Source: Nitrospirae bacterium MYbinv3
GTDB lineage: Bacteria > Nitrospirota > Thermodesulfovibrionia > Thermodesulfovibrionales > Magnetobacteriaceae
Assembly: GCA_002753395.1 (NCBI GenBank)
Contig: PEAB01000009.1
Coordinates: forward strand, 5,127 to 69,126
Direction: 5' to 3'
Length of the DNA: 64,000 bases
Each line of letters begins with the position of its first letter. The first letter of the stretch is position 1. The notes below the pieces were generated by a model. The model was not told where the DNA came from. It searched no databases and saw only the letters and a list, made by a program, of their open reading frames with translations. The position numbers and the translations under genes were made by a program. Shown in pieces: positions 9,761-19,834 of the stretch.

Positions 9761-10896
9761 GTGAGTTTATGCGCATAATTGGGCTTATGTCTGGTACTTC
9801 ACATGATGGCGTTGATGCAGCCATCGTCGAGATAAAAGACGCCGGTGACTCTGGTCTGGACGTCGATGTCTCTGTCATAAGCCATTTGCACGTGCCCTAT
9901 GATAAAACATTAAGAGACAGTATAGGGCAGGCGTTTACGGGCAGCGCTGAGCAAATATGCAGTCTGAACTTTGTACTTGGCGAGGTGTTTGCACAGGCTG
10001 TGCTTATGCTTATACAAGAAGCGGGTCTTAGACATCAGGACATAGAGGCAATAGCCTCACACGGTCAGACAATCTACCATATCCCGCCAACGATTCACCG
10101 TAGAGTAGGCAGCACGCTTCAGATCGGAGAGTCCGCAGTTATAGCGGATAGAACCGGTATCTTAACTATATCGGACTTCAGGACGAGGGATATGGCAGCC
10201 GGTGGACACGGCGCCCCACTTGTTCCCCTTGCCGATTACATGCTCTTTAAGAAAGACAGGGTCGTAAGGGCAGTATTAAACGTTGGAGGGATCTCCAATG
10301 TCACAATAGTAAAGGAGAACCTAAACGACACGTTGGCCTTTGACATCGGACCAGGAAATTCTCTGATTGACGAGGCCGTTGCAATATACTCAAACGGCGC
10401 AGTGTTCTATGACAACAATGGTAATTTAGCCCGCGCTGGCAGCCCGCATATGCCTCTATTAGAGGAGCTTCTTTGTCATCCGTTTTTTAGACAACCACCG
10501 CCCAAATCCACTGGGCGCGAGATGTTTGGTACTGAGTTTGTAAAGGACATTTTAAGGTATTATGGCTCTCTGGCACAAACCGATATGCTATCAACCCTTA
10601 CGCATCTGACCGCACAGGTTGTCTTTGACGCAATCAGGCCATACAAGCCTCAAGAGGTGATAGTCAGCGGCGGGGGCAGCAGAAATGCCTTTCTGATGGA
10701 TCTATTGAACGAGAGGTTTAAGGAAAAGGGATGCAGGGTCAGCAGTATTGCCTCCTACGGCTTCCTGCCTGAGGCAAAAGAGGCGATATGCTTTGCCATA
10801 TTGGGGTATCTGACTCTAAAACACAGACCAGCCAACCTGCCATCTGCTACAGGGGCATCAAAGAGCGTACTACTAGGAAAGATAACACTGCCTTAG
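9757..10896 (+). CDS. anmK: Anhydro-N-acetylmuramic acid kinase
   Basis: IGLMSGTSHDGVD, SHGQTIYH, DFRTRDMAAGGHGAPLVP, DIGPGN, KSTGRE, PANLPSATGA. Confidence 0.95.
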   Translation: MSEFMRIIGLMSGTSHDGVDAAIVEIKDAGDSGLDVDVSVISHLHVPYDKTLRDSIGQAFTGSAEQICSLNFVLGEVFAQAVLMLIQEAGLRHQDIEAIASHGQTIYHIPPTIHRRVGSTLQIGESAVIADRTGILTISDFRTRDMAAGGHGAPLVPLADYMLFKKDRVVRAVLNVGGISNVTIVKENLNDTLAFDIGPGNSLIDEAVAIYSNGAVFYDNNGNLARAGSPHMPLLEELLCHPFFRQPPPKSTGREMFGTEFVKDILRYYGSLAQTDMLSTLTHLTAQVVFDAIRPYKPQEVIVSGGGSRNAFLMDLLNERFKEKGCRVSSIASYGFLPEAKEAICFAILGYLTLKHRPANLPSATGASKSVLLGKITLP

Positions 10897-10932
10897 AGTT
10901 CAAAAGGAAAGGGGGGGAGGCACCCAAGCCGC

Positions 10933-11000
10933 TTTGGAATAGAAGGGGAGGCTCTGCCTCCCCTCGGACCCCTCCGCAAGGGGACCAGTCCTCTTGACCC
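10933..11000 (+). repeat. Family A repeat
   Basis: GAATAGAAGGGGAGGCTCTGCCTCCCCTCGGACCCCTCCGCAAGGGGACCAGTCCTCTTGACCC between convergent genes. Confidence 0.9.
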
Positions 11001-11033
11001 AGTAAAGATATTTTACTCCCCTTTATACTTTTT

Positions 11034-11981
11034 TTACTTGTGAGCGCTCTGGGTGTGCGACTTGCCTTTATCCAGTTTACCCATCAGTTTAAGCGTGTAC
11101 GATACGAGGTGCCAGCGGTCATCCTCTTTCAGGGTGTCCTCGTAAGAAGGCATTCCAGTGCCATCTAAACCTGAGGTAAACGTCATATAGATATTCTCAG
11201 CGCTTGAGCCTTTCTTTAGCTCACCGGTTTGGAAGTTAAACGGCACGATCTTTTCACCCCAGTCATCCTTGATCTCTTCTGACTTGCTGCCATCACCCTT
11301 GCCGGTTTCACCGTGGCATTCCCAGCACTTCATGTTCTTATAAATGACCTTACCCTTGTTTACGGACTCCTCACTGCCTACCCACTTGGGTTTCTTTACA
11401 TCTATTGGTTTACAGGCCTGCTCCTCTGTAAACCTTGATGAAAAGGTCTTTATGTAGCTCTTGACGGCCTTTCTCTCATCAAACGGGATGCTCTTCAGAT
11501 CCGGCATAAACGACCGCGGTATCCCGTTGGTGATAGTGAGCAGTAAGTCTTCATCCGAGGGGAGACAACCCGTTGCTGTGGAACGAAACCTGTAAAGCCC
11601 CAGGGTAAAGTCCCTGGGACGGATCTCAATAATACGCCCTGTTGACTCCTCTTTACGTAATATCCCGGATGGCCCTTTACCGTTTCCTTCCTTACCATGG
11701 CATACCATACAACGGACTTTATATATCTTTTCACCTATCTTTGCCTCGGCAGCCTCATCTGCCTCAACCACGGCCCTCAAGCCTACGGATAGAAACATTA
11801 TACACAACAGCACCGTAAGCACGTACTTAAATCTTATCTCATGTAGCGGGCGACTAACACCATACGTATGGCTCATGTGGCTCACCCCTTTAGCTGGTCT
11901 ATCCATATATACCTCTTTTGCTATGAAGTATTGTCTATAAACAGGGCCAGACCCTGTTTTACCTTCTCTTAAGTCTGCCAC
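11034..11981 (-). CDS. Membrane-anchored diheme cytochrome c
   Basis: CMVCH and CWECH, one TM helix, PRDFT.G.YRFRST and GTGMPSY motifs; true start probably downstream of 11981. Confidence 0.85.
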   Translation of the reverse strand: MADLREGKTGSGPVYRQYFIAKEVYMDRPAKGVSHMSHTYGVSRPLHEIRFKYVLTVLLCIMFLSVGLRAVVEADEAAEAKIGEKIYKVRCMVCHGKEGNGKGPSGILRKEESTGRIIEIRPRDFTLGLYRFRSTATGCLPSDEDLLLTITNGIPRSFMPDLKSIPFDERKAVKSYIKTFSSRFTEEQACKPIDVKKPKWVGSEESVNKGKVIYKNMKCWECHGETGKGDGSKSEEIKDDWGEKIVPFNFQTGELKKGSSAENIYMTFTSGLDGTGMPSYEDTLKEDDRWHLVSYTLKLMGKLDKGKSHTQSAHK

Positions 11982-13393
11982 TACTTACTACCCTTTGAAG
12001 AGTCCCTGATATAAGCAACGACATCCACAATGTCCTGATTATTTAGCGCAAAATCCTCTTTTCCAAACGGCGGCATAGATGTTCCTTCTCTTCCGTCACG
12101 TATTGTAACGGCTAGAAACTCGGGATCGACCATCTTTGTAACTGTGGGGTTTTTAAGGTTTATACCAATGAGGTTCTCTCCGCCTTTGGCGTCCTGACCA
12201 TGACAAACGGCGCAGTGAGCAGCGTAAAGCTCCTTACCGTGATTGACGTCTCCTGTTAAGTCCTTAATCGGAAAGGGTTCGTGTGCCTCAGCGGGTCTCT
12301 TGCTTGCTATATAGCCTATTATGGATTTGACATCATCCTCACTGAGGCCGGAGGCCACTGTTTTCCATGCGGTCATCTGAGTGCCGTTGCGGCCCTCTTT
12401 GATGATCGTTTCGAGGTTTTTGTCATCAGCGATTTTCAAAAACGACGGATTCATTATCGCCGGTATTGTGCGCTTAAGAACCTCATCGTATAAACTTTGT
12501 GTGCCCTCTCCATGACAGGCAGAACAGAAAGTCTTGTACAAGGTCTCTCCTTCCTGTTTTGGCGGCTGTGCATATGTCTTGTATCTATACGCCTTTGGTA
12601 ACTCATCAGATCTCAGTGTCAATGCAAAGATGGTCAAGAGGTCTGACTCGGGGCCCTTGAGTTTGACCTTCATCTCACTCGTTGGGACGATTGCGCGAGG
12701 GTCATCAAAGTGCTGTTTTAACCAGGTTGGCACCGTGTGATCTCCGATGACATGCTTCATGGAGAAGTATGCAATTGGTTGATTACCTACGCCATCTAAG
12801 GGTTTTCCAAGGTCTCCCCCTACCTTGTTTATCTTGTGGCAACCTTGACAGCCCTTTTCTCTAAAGAGTCTATCGCCCTCGGCCACTTTATCACCGCCCT
12901 TTTTACTTAGCATGTCAAAGTCATGACACTTGGCACAAGAGCTCTGGATGTAGCTCAGCGGCAGGGTTGGATAATCCCAGTAGGTGTGTCCTTTGGCGTG
13001 TGCCTCTCTCTTGTTTGTGGCGCTGCCCTGTCCCTCGTGACAGACGGTACAGCCAAACTTATCCACCGGGTGGTTTGCTATGTAATCACCGCTGTGTTTC
13101 TTAAAAGGGAGTTTGGCATTTGCCACAAGCGGGTTGTCAATACCGATATGGCAGCTCGTGCAACGATCTTCCTTGTTGAAGGCGCTAAGGTATATCTGCT
13201 GCAGCTTCACCGGTATGGCCTCAGCCCTTTTTCTGGCTGCATCATCCTTTGCGTTTTTGATCAACAGGTCCTTGTATTCGAGCTGGTAGTACTTCCACTC
13301 AGGCATTACCCCATTGAATGCCACTAATGCCATGTAAGTCAGGAAAAGCAGCGATGATATCAATAGTACAGATAAATAAAATCTACTATACAT
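11981..13393 (-). CDS. Hexaheme cytochrome c, N-terminal membrane anchor
   Basis: Six CxxCH: CTSCH, CTVCH, CAKCH, CQGCH, CSACH, CAVCH. Confidence 0.9.
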   Translation of the reverse strand: MYSRFYLSVLLISSLLFLTYMALVAFNGVMPEWKYYQLEYKDLLIKNAKDDAARKRAEAIPVKLQQIYLSAFNKEDRCTSCHIGIDNPLVANAKLPFKKHSGDYIANHPVDKFGCTVCHEGQGSATNKREAHAKGHTYWDYPTLPLSYIQSSCAKCHDFDMLSKKGGDKVAEGDRLFREKGCQGCHKINKVGGDLGKPLDGVGNQPIAYFSMKHVIGDHTVPTWLKQHFDDPRAIVPTSEMKVKLKGPESDLLTIFALTLRSDELPKAYRYKTYAQPPKQEGETLYKTFCSACHGEGTQSLYDEVLKRTIPAIMNPSFLKIADDKNLETIIKEGRNGTQMTAWKTVASGLSEDDVKSIIGYIASKRPAEAHEPFPIKDLTGDVNHGKELYAAHCAVCHGQDAKGGENLIGINLKNPTVTKMVDPEFLAVTIRDGREGTSMPPFGKEDFALNNQDIVDVVAYIRDSSKGSK

Positions 13394-13438
13394 TTTTACC
13401 TCTTAGTTTATTATTCAATTTGTTAATCTCATCCGCCA

Positions 13439-14995
13439 TCAATGGATCGGCCACTGGTCCTTTGACCAATAAAATTCCCAGTTAGGTCCACGCAGCTCGG
13501 TAGCAAAGTATGTGAGTATCACGTAGCTGACCAAAAACATCACAAACATCGCCATAGCGCCCAACCTGGTTGAACCAGTCCTCTTAATAACATGCAGCGA
13601 CCATAGAATCACAAATCCGACCCAAATACTGCCAGGATTTACAAACGTGATTATAATCTGTGGAATATCAGGAAACCAGTTCCTAAGCCAGCCGAACTTT
13701 ACAGCAAAGATTAACATCCCTATTATCACTATCACGCTAATAACGAAGGCCTCCAACGACACGTTTCTACCCTGTTTGTCAGTAAACCAGATACCGACAT
13801 TGTACAGCTCTCTGTCGAGGTATGGTATTAGGACAAGCCCAAGGAGTGCCAGAGACGGCAGCCCTACACCACCCATGAAGGCCGAGTATGACAGCAGCTC
13901 CTGAAGACCAAGAAAGTACCACGGGGCCTTTGCAGGATTCTCCGGTATTAGCGGATTTGCCAGCTCCTTAAGTGGTGCGTCTACGTAGTAAGAGTACACC
14001 AGCGCAACAGCCAGGGTGAACATTAAAACGGCCAACTCTGCTACCAACAGGTTTGGCCAGCTCATCACGGTATTTTCTACGTCTCTATCCACGGCTGGGG
14101 TCTTACCTTGGGCAAGCTCCATAAGACCATAGGTCTTGTAAGTGGGGAATATGCCACCAGTCTTCTGAGGGGGAAACACATAGCCTGAGTCGCTCTCCTG
14201 TGCTGTAAAGACCTCTGGTTTTGTCATCCCGCCGTCTTTTCTTATACGCCAGAAGTGTATACCAATAAACACGTAGATCACCATTGGTAAGACCATGACG
14301 TGAAACATGTACACCCTGTTAAGTGCCTCTTTACCAGGTACCAGACCAGCAAGAAAAAACTCCGTAGATAAAGTCCCTACGTCAAAGAACCGAGTTATAT
14401 TCAGAGAATCGGTAAGCTCCTTTGGCGACTGCATGATGTTTGCTACGATAACCAAGGCCCAGTACGACAACTGATCCCACGGTAGTAGGTACCCCGTGAG
14501 GTTGAGCACATATACAAGGATCAAGAGCACGATGCCGATGACCCAGTTAAACTCCCTTCCGTTCTTGTACGATCCGGTAAAAAACACCCTGGCCATGTGC
14601 AGGAGCACAAAGATGATCATCCCCTCGCCGGCCCACTTGTGCATGTTCCTCATGACCTTGCCGCCAAAAACAACGAAGTTTATATTCTTAACAGACTTGA
14701 AGGCATTCTCCACTGACGGGTTGTAGTACACCATCAGGAAGACACCTGTGGCCACAACAGCCAAAAACAGGAAAAATGACATAAGACCCAGCCCAAGCGT
14801 GTAGGTAGGTCGTAGGGTGTTTATGTGTGTCTTTACGCCCTGTATGTGCATAAAGAAGTTGTTGTAGATTGCCGCTGCCCTTGTCTTATCAGAGGTAGGG
14901 GGTCCATTTCTGAAGACGGAGCCGACAAAGGTATTACCTATTGCCTTTAAATTATCTGTTAATCGAGCAAGTCCTGATTGACCATTATCGTTCAT
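13439..14995 (-). CDS. Cytochrome b of a Rieske/cyt b complex (b6-like N part fused to subunit IV-like C part)
   Basis: His pairs in RNMHKW...LLHMAR and MFHVMV...GIHFW; GYLLPWDQ; APWYFLGLQELL in place of PEWY. Confidence 0.9.
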   Translation of the reverse strand: MNDNGQSGLARLTDNLKAIGNTFVGSVFRNGPPTSDKTRAAAIYNNFFMHIQGVKTHINTLRPTYTLGLGLMSFFLFLAVVATGVFLMVYYNPSVENAFKSVKNINFVVFGGKVMRNMHKWAGEGMIIFVLLHMARVFFTGSYKNGREFNWVIGIVLLILVYVLNLTGYLLPWDQLSYWALVIVANIMQSPKELTDSLNITRFFDVGTLSTEFFLAGLVPGKEALNRVYMFHVMVLPMVIYVFIGIHFWRIRKDGGMTKPEVFTAQESDSGYVFPPQKTGGIFPTYKTYGLMELAQGKTPAVDRDVENTVMSWPNLLVAELAVLMFTLAVALVYSYYVDAPLKELANPLIPENPAKAPWYFLGLQELLSYSAFMGGVGLPSLALLGLVLIPYLDRELYNVGIWFTDKQGRNVSLEAFVISVIVIIGMLIFAVKFGWLRNWFPDIPQIIITFVNPGSIWVGFVILWSLHVIKRTGSTRLGAMAMFVMFLVSYVILTYFATELRGPNWEFYWSKDQWPIH

Positions 14996-15014
14996 AACTT
15001 ATATCCCTCTCTTG

Positions 15015-15491
15015 TTAAGCATATCTAATTTTTGTACCAGGAGGAACCTCCCGCGATGCGTCAACTACAAGGCTGCCATCTACGTCCTGTGTAATCTCAA
15101 ACCACGGCAACCCCCTAGGGGCGGGACCTCCAACTACCTTACCGGTAATGTTGAACTTTGAACCGTGGCATGGACACTGAAAGCCTGTCTCTGTGCTGTA
15201 GACCACACATCCCAGGTGGGTACACACGCTTGATATTGCGTAAAAGCCATTCTCATCAGAGAATATAAACACCTTCTTGTCATCGAGTTTCTTTACCGAA
15301 CCCACAGGGAAATTCTCAGGCTTACCGATCTTAAAGCTTCTTGACTCCTCGTACCTCACGTCGGCCCTAAAGTATCTTATAACACCAGCCAAAACGCCAA
15401 GACCTGCTGCTATCGCTGCAGCAAAGGCCGATAGAGTAAGAAAGTCTCGCCTGGAGACTCCTCCTTCCTTGTCTTGGGTCTCACTCATCAT
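15015..15491 (-). CDS. Rieske 2Fe-2S protein
   Basis: Tat-like SRRDFL, CTHLGC and CPCHGS, GPAPRGL. Confidence 0.95.
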   Translation of the reverse strand: MMSETQDKEGGVSRRDFLTLSAFAAAIAAGLGVLAGVIRYFRADVRYEESRSFKIGKPENFPVGSVKKLDDKKVFIFSDENGFYAISSVCTHLGCVVYSTETGFQCPCHGSKFNITGKVVGGPAPRGLPWFEITQDVDGSLVVDASREVPPGTKIRYA

Positions 15492-17317
15492 CTCTGTAAC
15501 ACCTCCTTAAATAAGAATCTTTCCATTGTTATAGCGTCAACAGGACACCTTTTAGCGCAGAAACCGCATCTGATGCACCTGTCCTCATCTTTGATAATGG
15601 CCGAACCGTACCCCTCAGGGGACTTGCCGTACCTGTTTGTGTAAAGTCTTGTAAGGGTCTCATCGCCCTTGATCTTATCTAAACTGACCAGCCGCAGACA
15701 GTACTCCGGGCATACGTCGGCACAGCCGCCACACAGTATACACCTGTCACCGTTAAAGATAGTGTTCACCGCACAGTTAAGACACCTGCTGCCCTGCTCC
15801 TCAGCCACCTCCTTGACAAAGCCTTTCTCTACAAGGTTGTATATGCTCTTGGCTCGTTCCTCAGTTGGGGCTGTGGGCACGTGCTGTCTCTTTAGCTTTT
15901 CAAAGTTACCTGGATGTGCCACCTCATTGTTTGCAACCTCTTTGGCAAAGCTCTCCTTGTGCATCTCGTATGTCTTAAGCGACAGCGGCTGTTCGCTTAT
16001 GTAGTTGTGGATATGTATAGCCGCCTTCTTACCGCTTGCCACGGCGTCGATAACCAGCTTAGGACCGTAGGCCAGATCGCCTGCCACATATAGCCCTTTA
16101 AGCGAGGTAGACACACCGTCTGGGTTAACGCTTATCATGCCGCGTTCGGTCATCTTAACCTCCAGGCCCGACTCGCCAAGGAAGGACAGGTCGAAGGTCT
16201 GCCCTACGGCAAAAAACACCGTATCGGTAGGCACGGTAATCGTATCTGAGTCGTCGTACCTGGGATTGAACCGTCCCTCACCGTCAAATAACGATATACA
16301 CCTCTTAAACGTCATAGATATCACACGGTTCTTGCCATCTAGGTTTATCGACAGAGGGCCATAGCTGTTTATCCTCTCTATGCCTTCCTCTTCTCCCTCC
16401 TCGATCTCTACTTTGTCAGCCAGCATTTGTTCAAACTCCTCGATACAGACTAAGGTAACGTACTCTACTCCCTTATGTCTCACCGAGGTCCTTGCCACAT
16501 CATAGGCAACGTTACCGCCACCGATGACCACTACCTTAGGCCCTATATGTACCTCTTTACCACAAAAGACATCTCTCAGGAAATCGACCCCGCCCAAAAC
16601 GCCTGCGCCCTTGCCGCCTTCTATTGGCAGCATCCTAGACCTCTTGGCACCCACTGCTATCAGTACCGCCAGGGAATTATCATACAACTCCTTCAGGTTG
16701 ACGTCCTTTCCTACCTGAACACCGAGCTTTATCTCAACACCCAGGGCCTTGATGGCGTCTATCTCTGCCTGCAATACCTCTCTGGAAAGCCTGTAGGGAG
16801 GTATTCCAACGGCGCACATCCCCCCTGCAATCTTCTCCATCTCGTAGATAACGGGCTTATATCCCATAAGAGCCAGTTCATGGGCACAGGCAAGCCCCGC
16901 TGGCCCTGCCCCAATTATAGATACCGGCTTAGAGGTATCCTCAGCAATGCCTATAATGCCACTGCCTTTTTCCTTAAAACCTTTTTTGAGGTTATCTACA
17001 AAAGCATTCTTGTCTTTGTATATCTCCACCCCAAACTTCTCAGTGACAAACCTCTTAAGCGCCCTGATAGACACAGCTGCGTCTATGCCCTTTCTCCTGC
17101 AGGCCAACTCACATGGGGCTGCGCAGATACGGCCGCATATTGAGGCTAGCGGGTTGGGCGTCCTCGCTATCCAATATGCCTTTTCGTAATCTCCATCGGC
17201 AATAGCCTTAACATATCCCCGTGAGTCCGTGTTCACAGGACATCCCGTCTGGCACTTTATGTTCTGCTTCCAGTACTTATAGTCGGGAATCACTACTTCA
17301 AATATACGTTTAATCAT
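15488..17317 (-). CDS. FAD/NAD(P)-binding iron-sulfur oxidoreductase (GltD/NfnB-like with C-terminal 2x[4Fe-4S])
   Basis: CQTGCP and CGRICAAPCELAC clusters, IIGAGPAG, VIGGGNVA, C-terminal CILCGGCADVCP and CIRCGFCAKRCP; overlaps the Rieske start by 4 nt. Confidence 0.9.
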   Translation of the reverse strand: MIKRIFEVVIPDYKYWKQNIKCQTGCPVNTDSRGYVKAIADGDYEKAYWIARTPNPLASICGRICAAPCELACRRKGIDAAVSIRALKRFVTEKFGVEIYKDKNAFVDNLKKGFKEKGSGIIGIAEDTSKPVSIIGAGPAGLACAHELALMGYKPVIYEMEKIAGGMCAVGIPPYRLSREVLQAEIDAIKALGVEIKLGVQVGKDVNLKELYDNSLAVLIAVGAKRSRMLPIEGGKGAGVLGGVDFLRDVFCGKEVHIGPKVVVIGGGNVAYDVARTSVRHKGVEYVTLVCIEEFEQMLADKVEIEEGEEEGIERINSYGPLSINLDGKNRVISMTFKRCISLFDGEGRFNPRYDDSDTITVPTDTVFFAVGQTFDLSFLGESGLEVKMTERGMISVNPDGVSTSLKGLYVAGDLAYGPKLVIDAVASGKKAAIHIHNYISEQPLSLKTYEMHKESFAKEVANNEVAHPGNFEKLKRQHVPTAPTEERAKSIYNLVEKGFVKEVAEEQGSRCLNCAVNTIFNGDRCILCGGCADVCPEYCLRLVSLDKIKGDETLTRLYTNRYGKSPEGYGSAIIKDEDRCIRCGFCAKRCPVDAITMERFLFKEVLQR

Positions 17318-17521
17318 ATATAGTCCTCTCTATATGCTTAGATTAATTAACGGCAGATGATCCTTAATCACACAAGGTTAAATAGAATCATCAACCGGAC
17401 TACATTACCACTAACCTGACACCGTTGACTTTTTACATGATACAGGATTCATTATGCTTTGTTCAAGTTTTTTTTGTAAATGAGATGCATAAGAATTTCA
17501 TGGGGGACAATAAAAATTAAT

Positions 17522-17602
17522 GGGGTCAAGGGGACTGGTCCCCTTGTGGGTGGGTCTGAGGGAGGGGGTTACGAACCCCTGCGGCAGAGGCAAAGCCCTC
17601 CC
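17522..17602 (-). repeat. Family A repeat with internal extra hairpin
   Basis: GGGGTCAAGGGGACTGGTCCCCTTG...GGGAG[GGGGTTACGAACCCC...]GGCAAAGCCCTCCC followed by a T tract. Confidence 0.85.
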
Positions 17603-17625
17603 TTTTTTTTTCTTTGTAAAAGGAT

Positions 17626-19824
17626 CTACCTCTGCAACTGTTGCAGGAGGCGCTCGGACTCGGCGAACCTCACCTCCGGCCTGGCCTGAAGTGCAAGCAG
17701 TGTTGCTCTGGGGTCTTTCTCCGGCGGCATGGTGATTATGTAGAGACCCTGCGACTCCTCTACCTTGGCTATAGCAGCGCCCAACTGGCTAATTAACTGC
17801 TCGGCCTGTTCTCTGTCCACGTACTCCTTAAATCTGATGATTATCCTCTCTTGCGTGGGCGACTTCTTAGGCTCAGGATAGGCCAGCCTGATCTCCTCCT
17901 TTATATAAGCGCCCTTTGCATCTGTGATCTTTTTAAGCTCATCTGCGTTGTGGATGATGTGAGGGGTTATGAACACCATGAGGTTTATCTTCTTTGTAGA
18001 CGTGGATTTCTGCTTAAAGAACCAGCCAAGGATGGGAATATCTCCAAGGAAGGGGACCTTTTGGAGGCTTTCCTGCTCCTTTTCCTGGATAAGCCCCCCG
18101 ATGACGACCGTTTCGTTGTCCTTGGCAAAGACGGTTGTCTTGGTTGACCGCTTGGTTGTGGTCGGCCCAACAGAGATGAGGATGTCCGAGTTAGATTCGC
18201 TCTTTACGGAGGATATCTCTTGATAAAGCTCGATTTTAAGATAGTCTCCCTCGGTTATATGCGGGGTGATCTTCAAGGATATACCAACATCTTTTCTCTC
18301 TATGGCGTTGAGTACGGAGAGGGAGCGTGTTGTATCAGTTTCACGTTTGGTTATAAACGGGACGTTTTCGCCCACCATGATCTCGGCCTCCTTGTTGTCA
18401 GAGGTAAGTATCTGTGGTGTAGAGAGGATGTTTACCACACCCTTAAACTCGTTAAGGTTAAACAGGGCGGCGTATCCTGGCACCGACATCGTGGAGGTCG
18501 TTGTAGTACCGTCTGAATTGAAGGTCGTATATGGGATGTTTACAAAGCTGCCCAGACCGCCTATACCAAAACCGCTTAGACCGTATATGATGTTCTGCAT
18601 CGTCGAGGAGTCGATCTGTCCAGAGCCAAAGGTTAGACGCGGCTGGCCATTTTCCTTGACCATAGCCCGCCACTTGGCCCCTAAATCCATGAGGTCGTCG
18701 ATGGAGACCTCTACGATCATGGCCTCAACAAAGACCTGCTTCCTGCGCCTGTCGAGCTTTTTTATGACCTCTATGATGTTCTTGTAGTCTGTCTGGGAGG
18801 CGATGATGACCAGCGAGTTAGTGGCCTCATCCGGTGTGATGAGGATGTCGCCTGAGGCTACAAAGGGCATGGCCTGCGCCTTTTCACCAGCCTTTTCCTG
18901 ACCTGGCTGCACACGCTTGATGAGATTGTCAAGCACCTTTGCAAGCTCGGCTGCGTTTGCGTTTTCTAAGAAATAAACGTTGATGCTGCCCTGTGCCTCC
19001 GGCGAAGGGACGTCAAGCATGTCTATTAACCTTATTATTGGCTCTCGATCGTTTCTGGAGCCAAATATGACCAGTGCGTTAAGCCTTTTGTCTGCCACTA
19101 CAAAGACGTCGCTTTTAGCAGTGGCCTGCTGCTGTGGTGTGCGTTTGTTCCCGCTCTTCTGAAAACCCTCGTTTAGCGCCTTTGCAAGGGGGTCGGCGCT
19201 GGCATTACGCAGGAACACTATATCTGGCTGATCCATCGTTGAGGGCTGGTCTATCTTTTTTAAGATGTGGAGTAACTTTTCCATGTTTGGCCCTGAGTCA
19301 ATTACCAACAGGATATTGCGGGGGCTAAATTCGCCTATGTAGCCGTCCTTTGAGACAATAGGCCTGAGAAACTGCACGGCTTCCTCGCTTGAGAGATTTT
19401 CCAGCTGTATGAGCCTGGCAATATGGCTTTCGTTTATGATGCGCTCATCCGTGGTTGATAACTCAATCCCCTTATGGCGTGCATCCACTGAGGGGACGAT
19501 CTTGTACGTGTTTGCTCCGGCTGAGACAACGGTATACCCCTTTAGCTCCAGAACCGATGTAAAGAGTCTAAAGGCGTCAGCCTTATTAAGAGGCGATGGC
19601 GCTATGATGGTGATCTTACCCTTGAGCTGTTCGTCAAATATGATGTTCTTGCTTGTAAGCTCGCTTACGAATTTCGCAATAGCTGGCAGTTCAACACCCA
19701 CAAAGTTAAACACGATCTTTTCATCTTCCTTCTTTTCTGCAGCTAAGGGGGTACCGCCGCACACCAAAAGGCAAATGAACACTAACGTGGTTAAAACATA
19801 CAGTTTTCTCATCCTTGTCCTCAC
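17626..19824 (-). CDS. gspD: Type II secretion secretin with extra C-terminal domain
   Basis: N0-N3 domains, QVFVEAMIVEV, STPQILTSDNKEAEIMVGENVPF, KVPFLGDIPILGWFF, LMVFITPHII. Confidence 0.93.
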   Translation of the reverse strand: MRTRMRKLYVLTTLVFICLLVCGGTPLAAEKKEDEKIVFNFVGVELPAIAKFVSELTSKNIIFDEQLKGKITIIAPSPLNKADAFRLFTSVLELKGYTVVSAGANTYKIVPSVDARHKGIELSTTDERIINESHIARLIQLENLSSEEAVQFLRPIVSKDGYIGEFSPRNILLVIDSGPNMEKLLHILKKIDQPSTMDQPDIVFLRNASADPLAKALNEGFQKSGNKRTPQQQATAKSDVFVVADKRLNALVIFGSRNDREPIIRLIDMLDVPSPEAQGSINVYFLENANAAELAKVLDNLIKRVQPGQEKAGEKAQAMPFVASGDILITPDEATNSLVIIASQTDYKNIIEVIKKLDRRRKQVFVEAMIVEVSIDDLMDLGAKWRAMVKENGQPRLTFGSGQIDSSTMQNIIYGLSGFGIGGLGSFVNIPYTTFNSDGTTTTSTMSVPGYAALFNLNEFKGVVNILSTPQILTSDNKEAEIMVGENVPFITKRETDTTRSLSVLNAIERKDVGISLKITPHITEGDYLKIELYQEISSVKSESNSDILISVGPTTTKRSTKTTVFAKDNETVVIGGLIQEKEQESLQKVPFLGDIPILGWFFKQKSTSTKKINLMVFITPHIIHNADELKKITDAKGAYIKEEIRLAYPEPKKSPTQERIIIRFKEYVDREQAEQLISQLGAAIAKVEESQGLYIITMPPEKDPRATLLALQARPEVRFAESERLLQQLQR

Positions 19825-19834
19825 GCGCCTCGCT

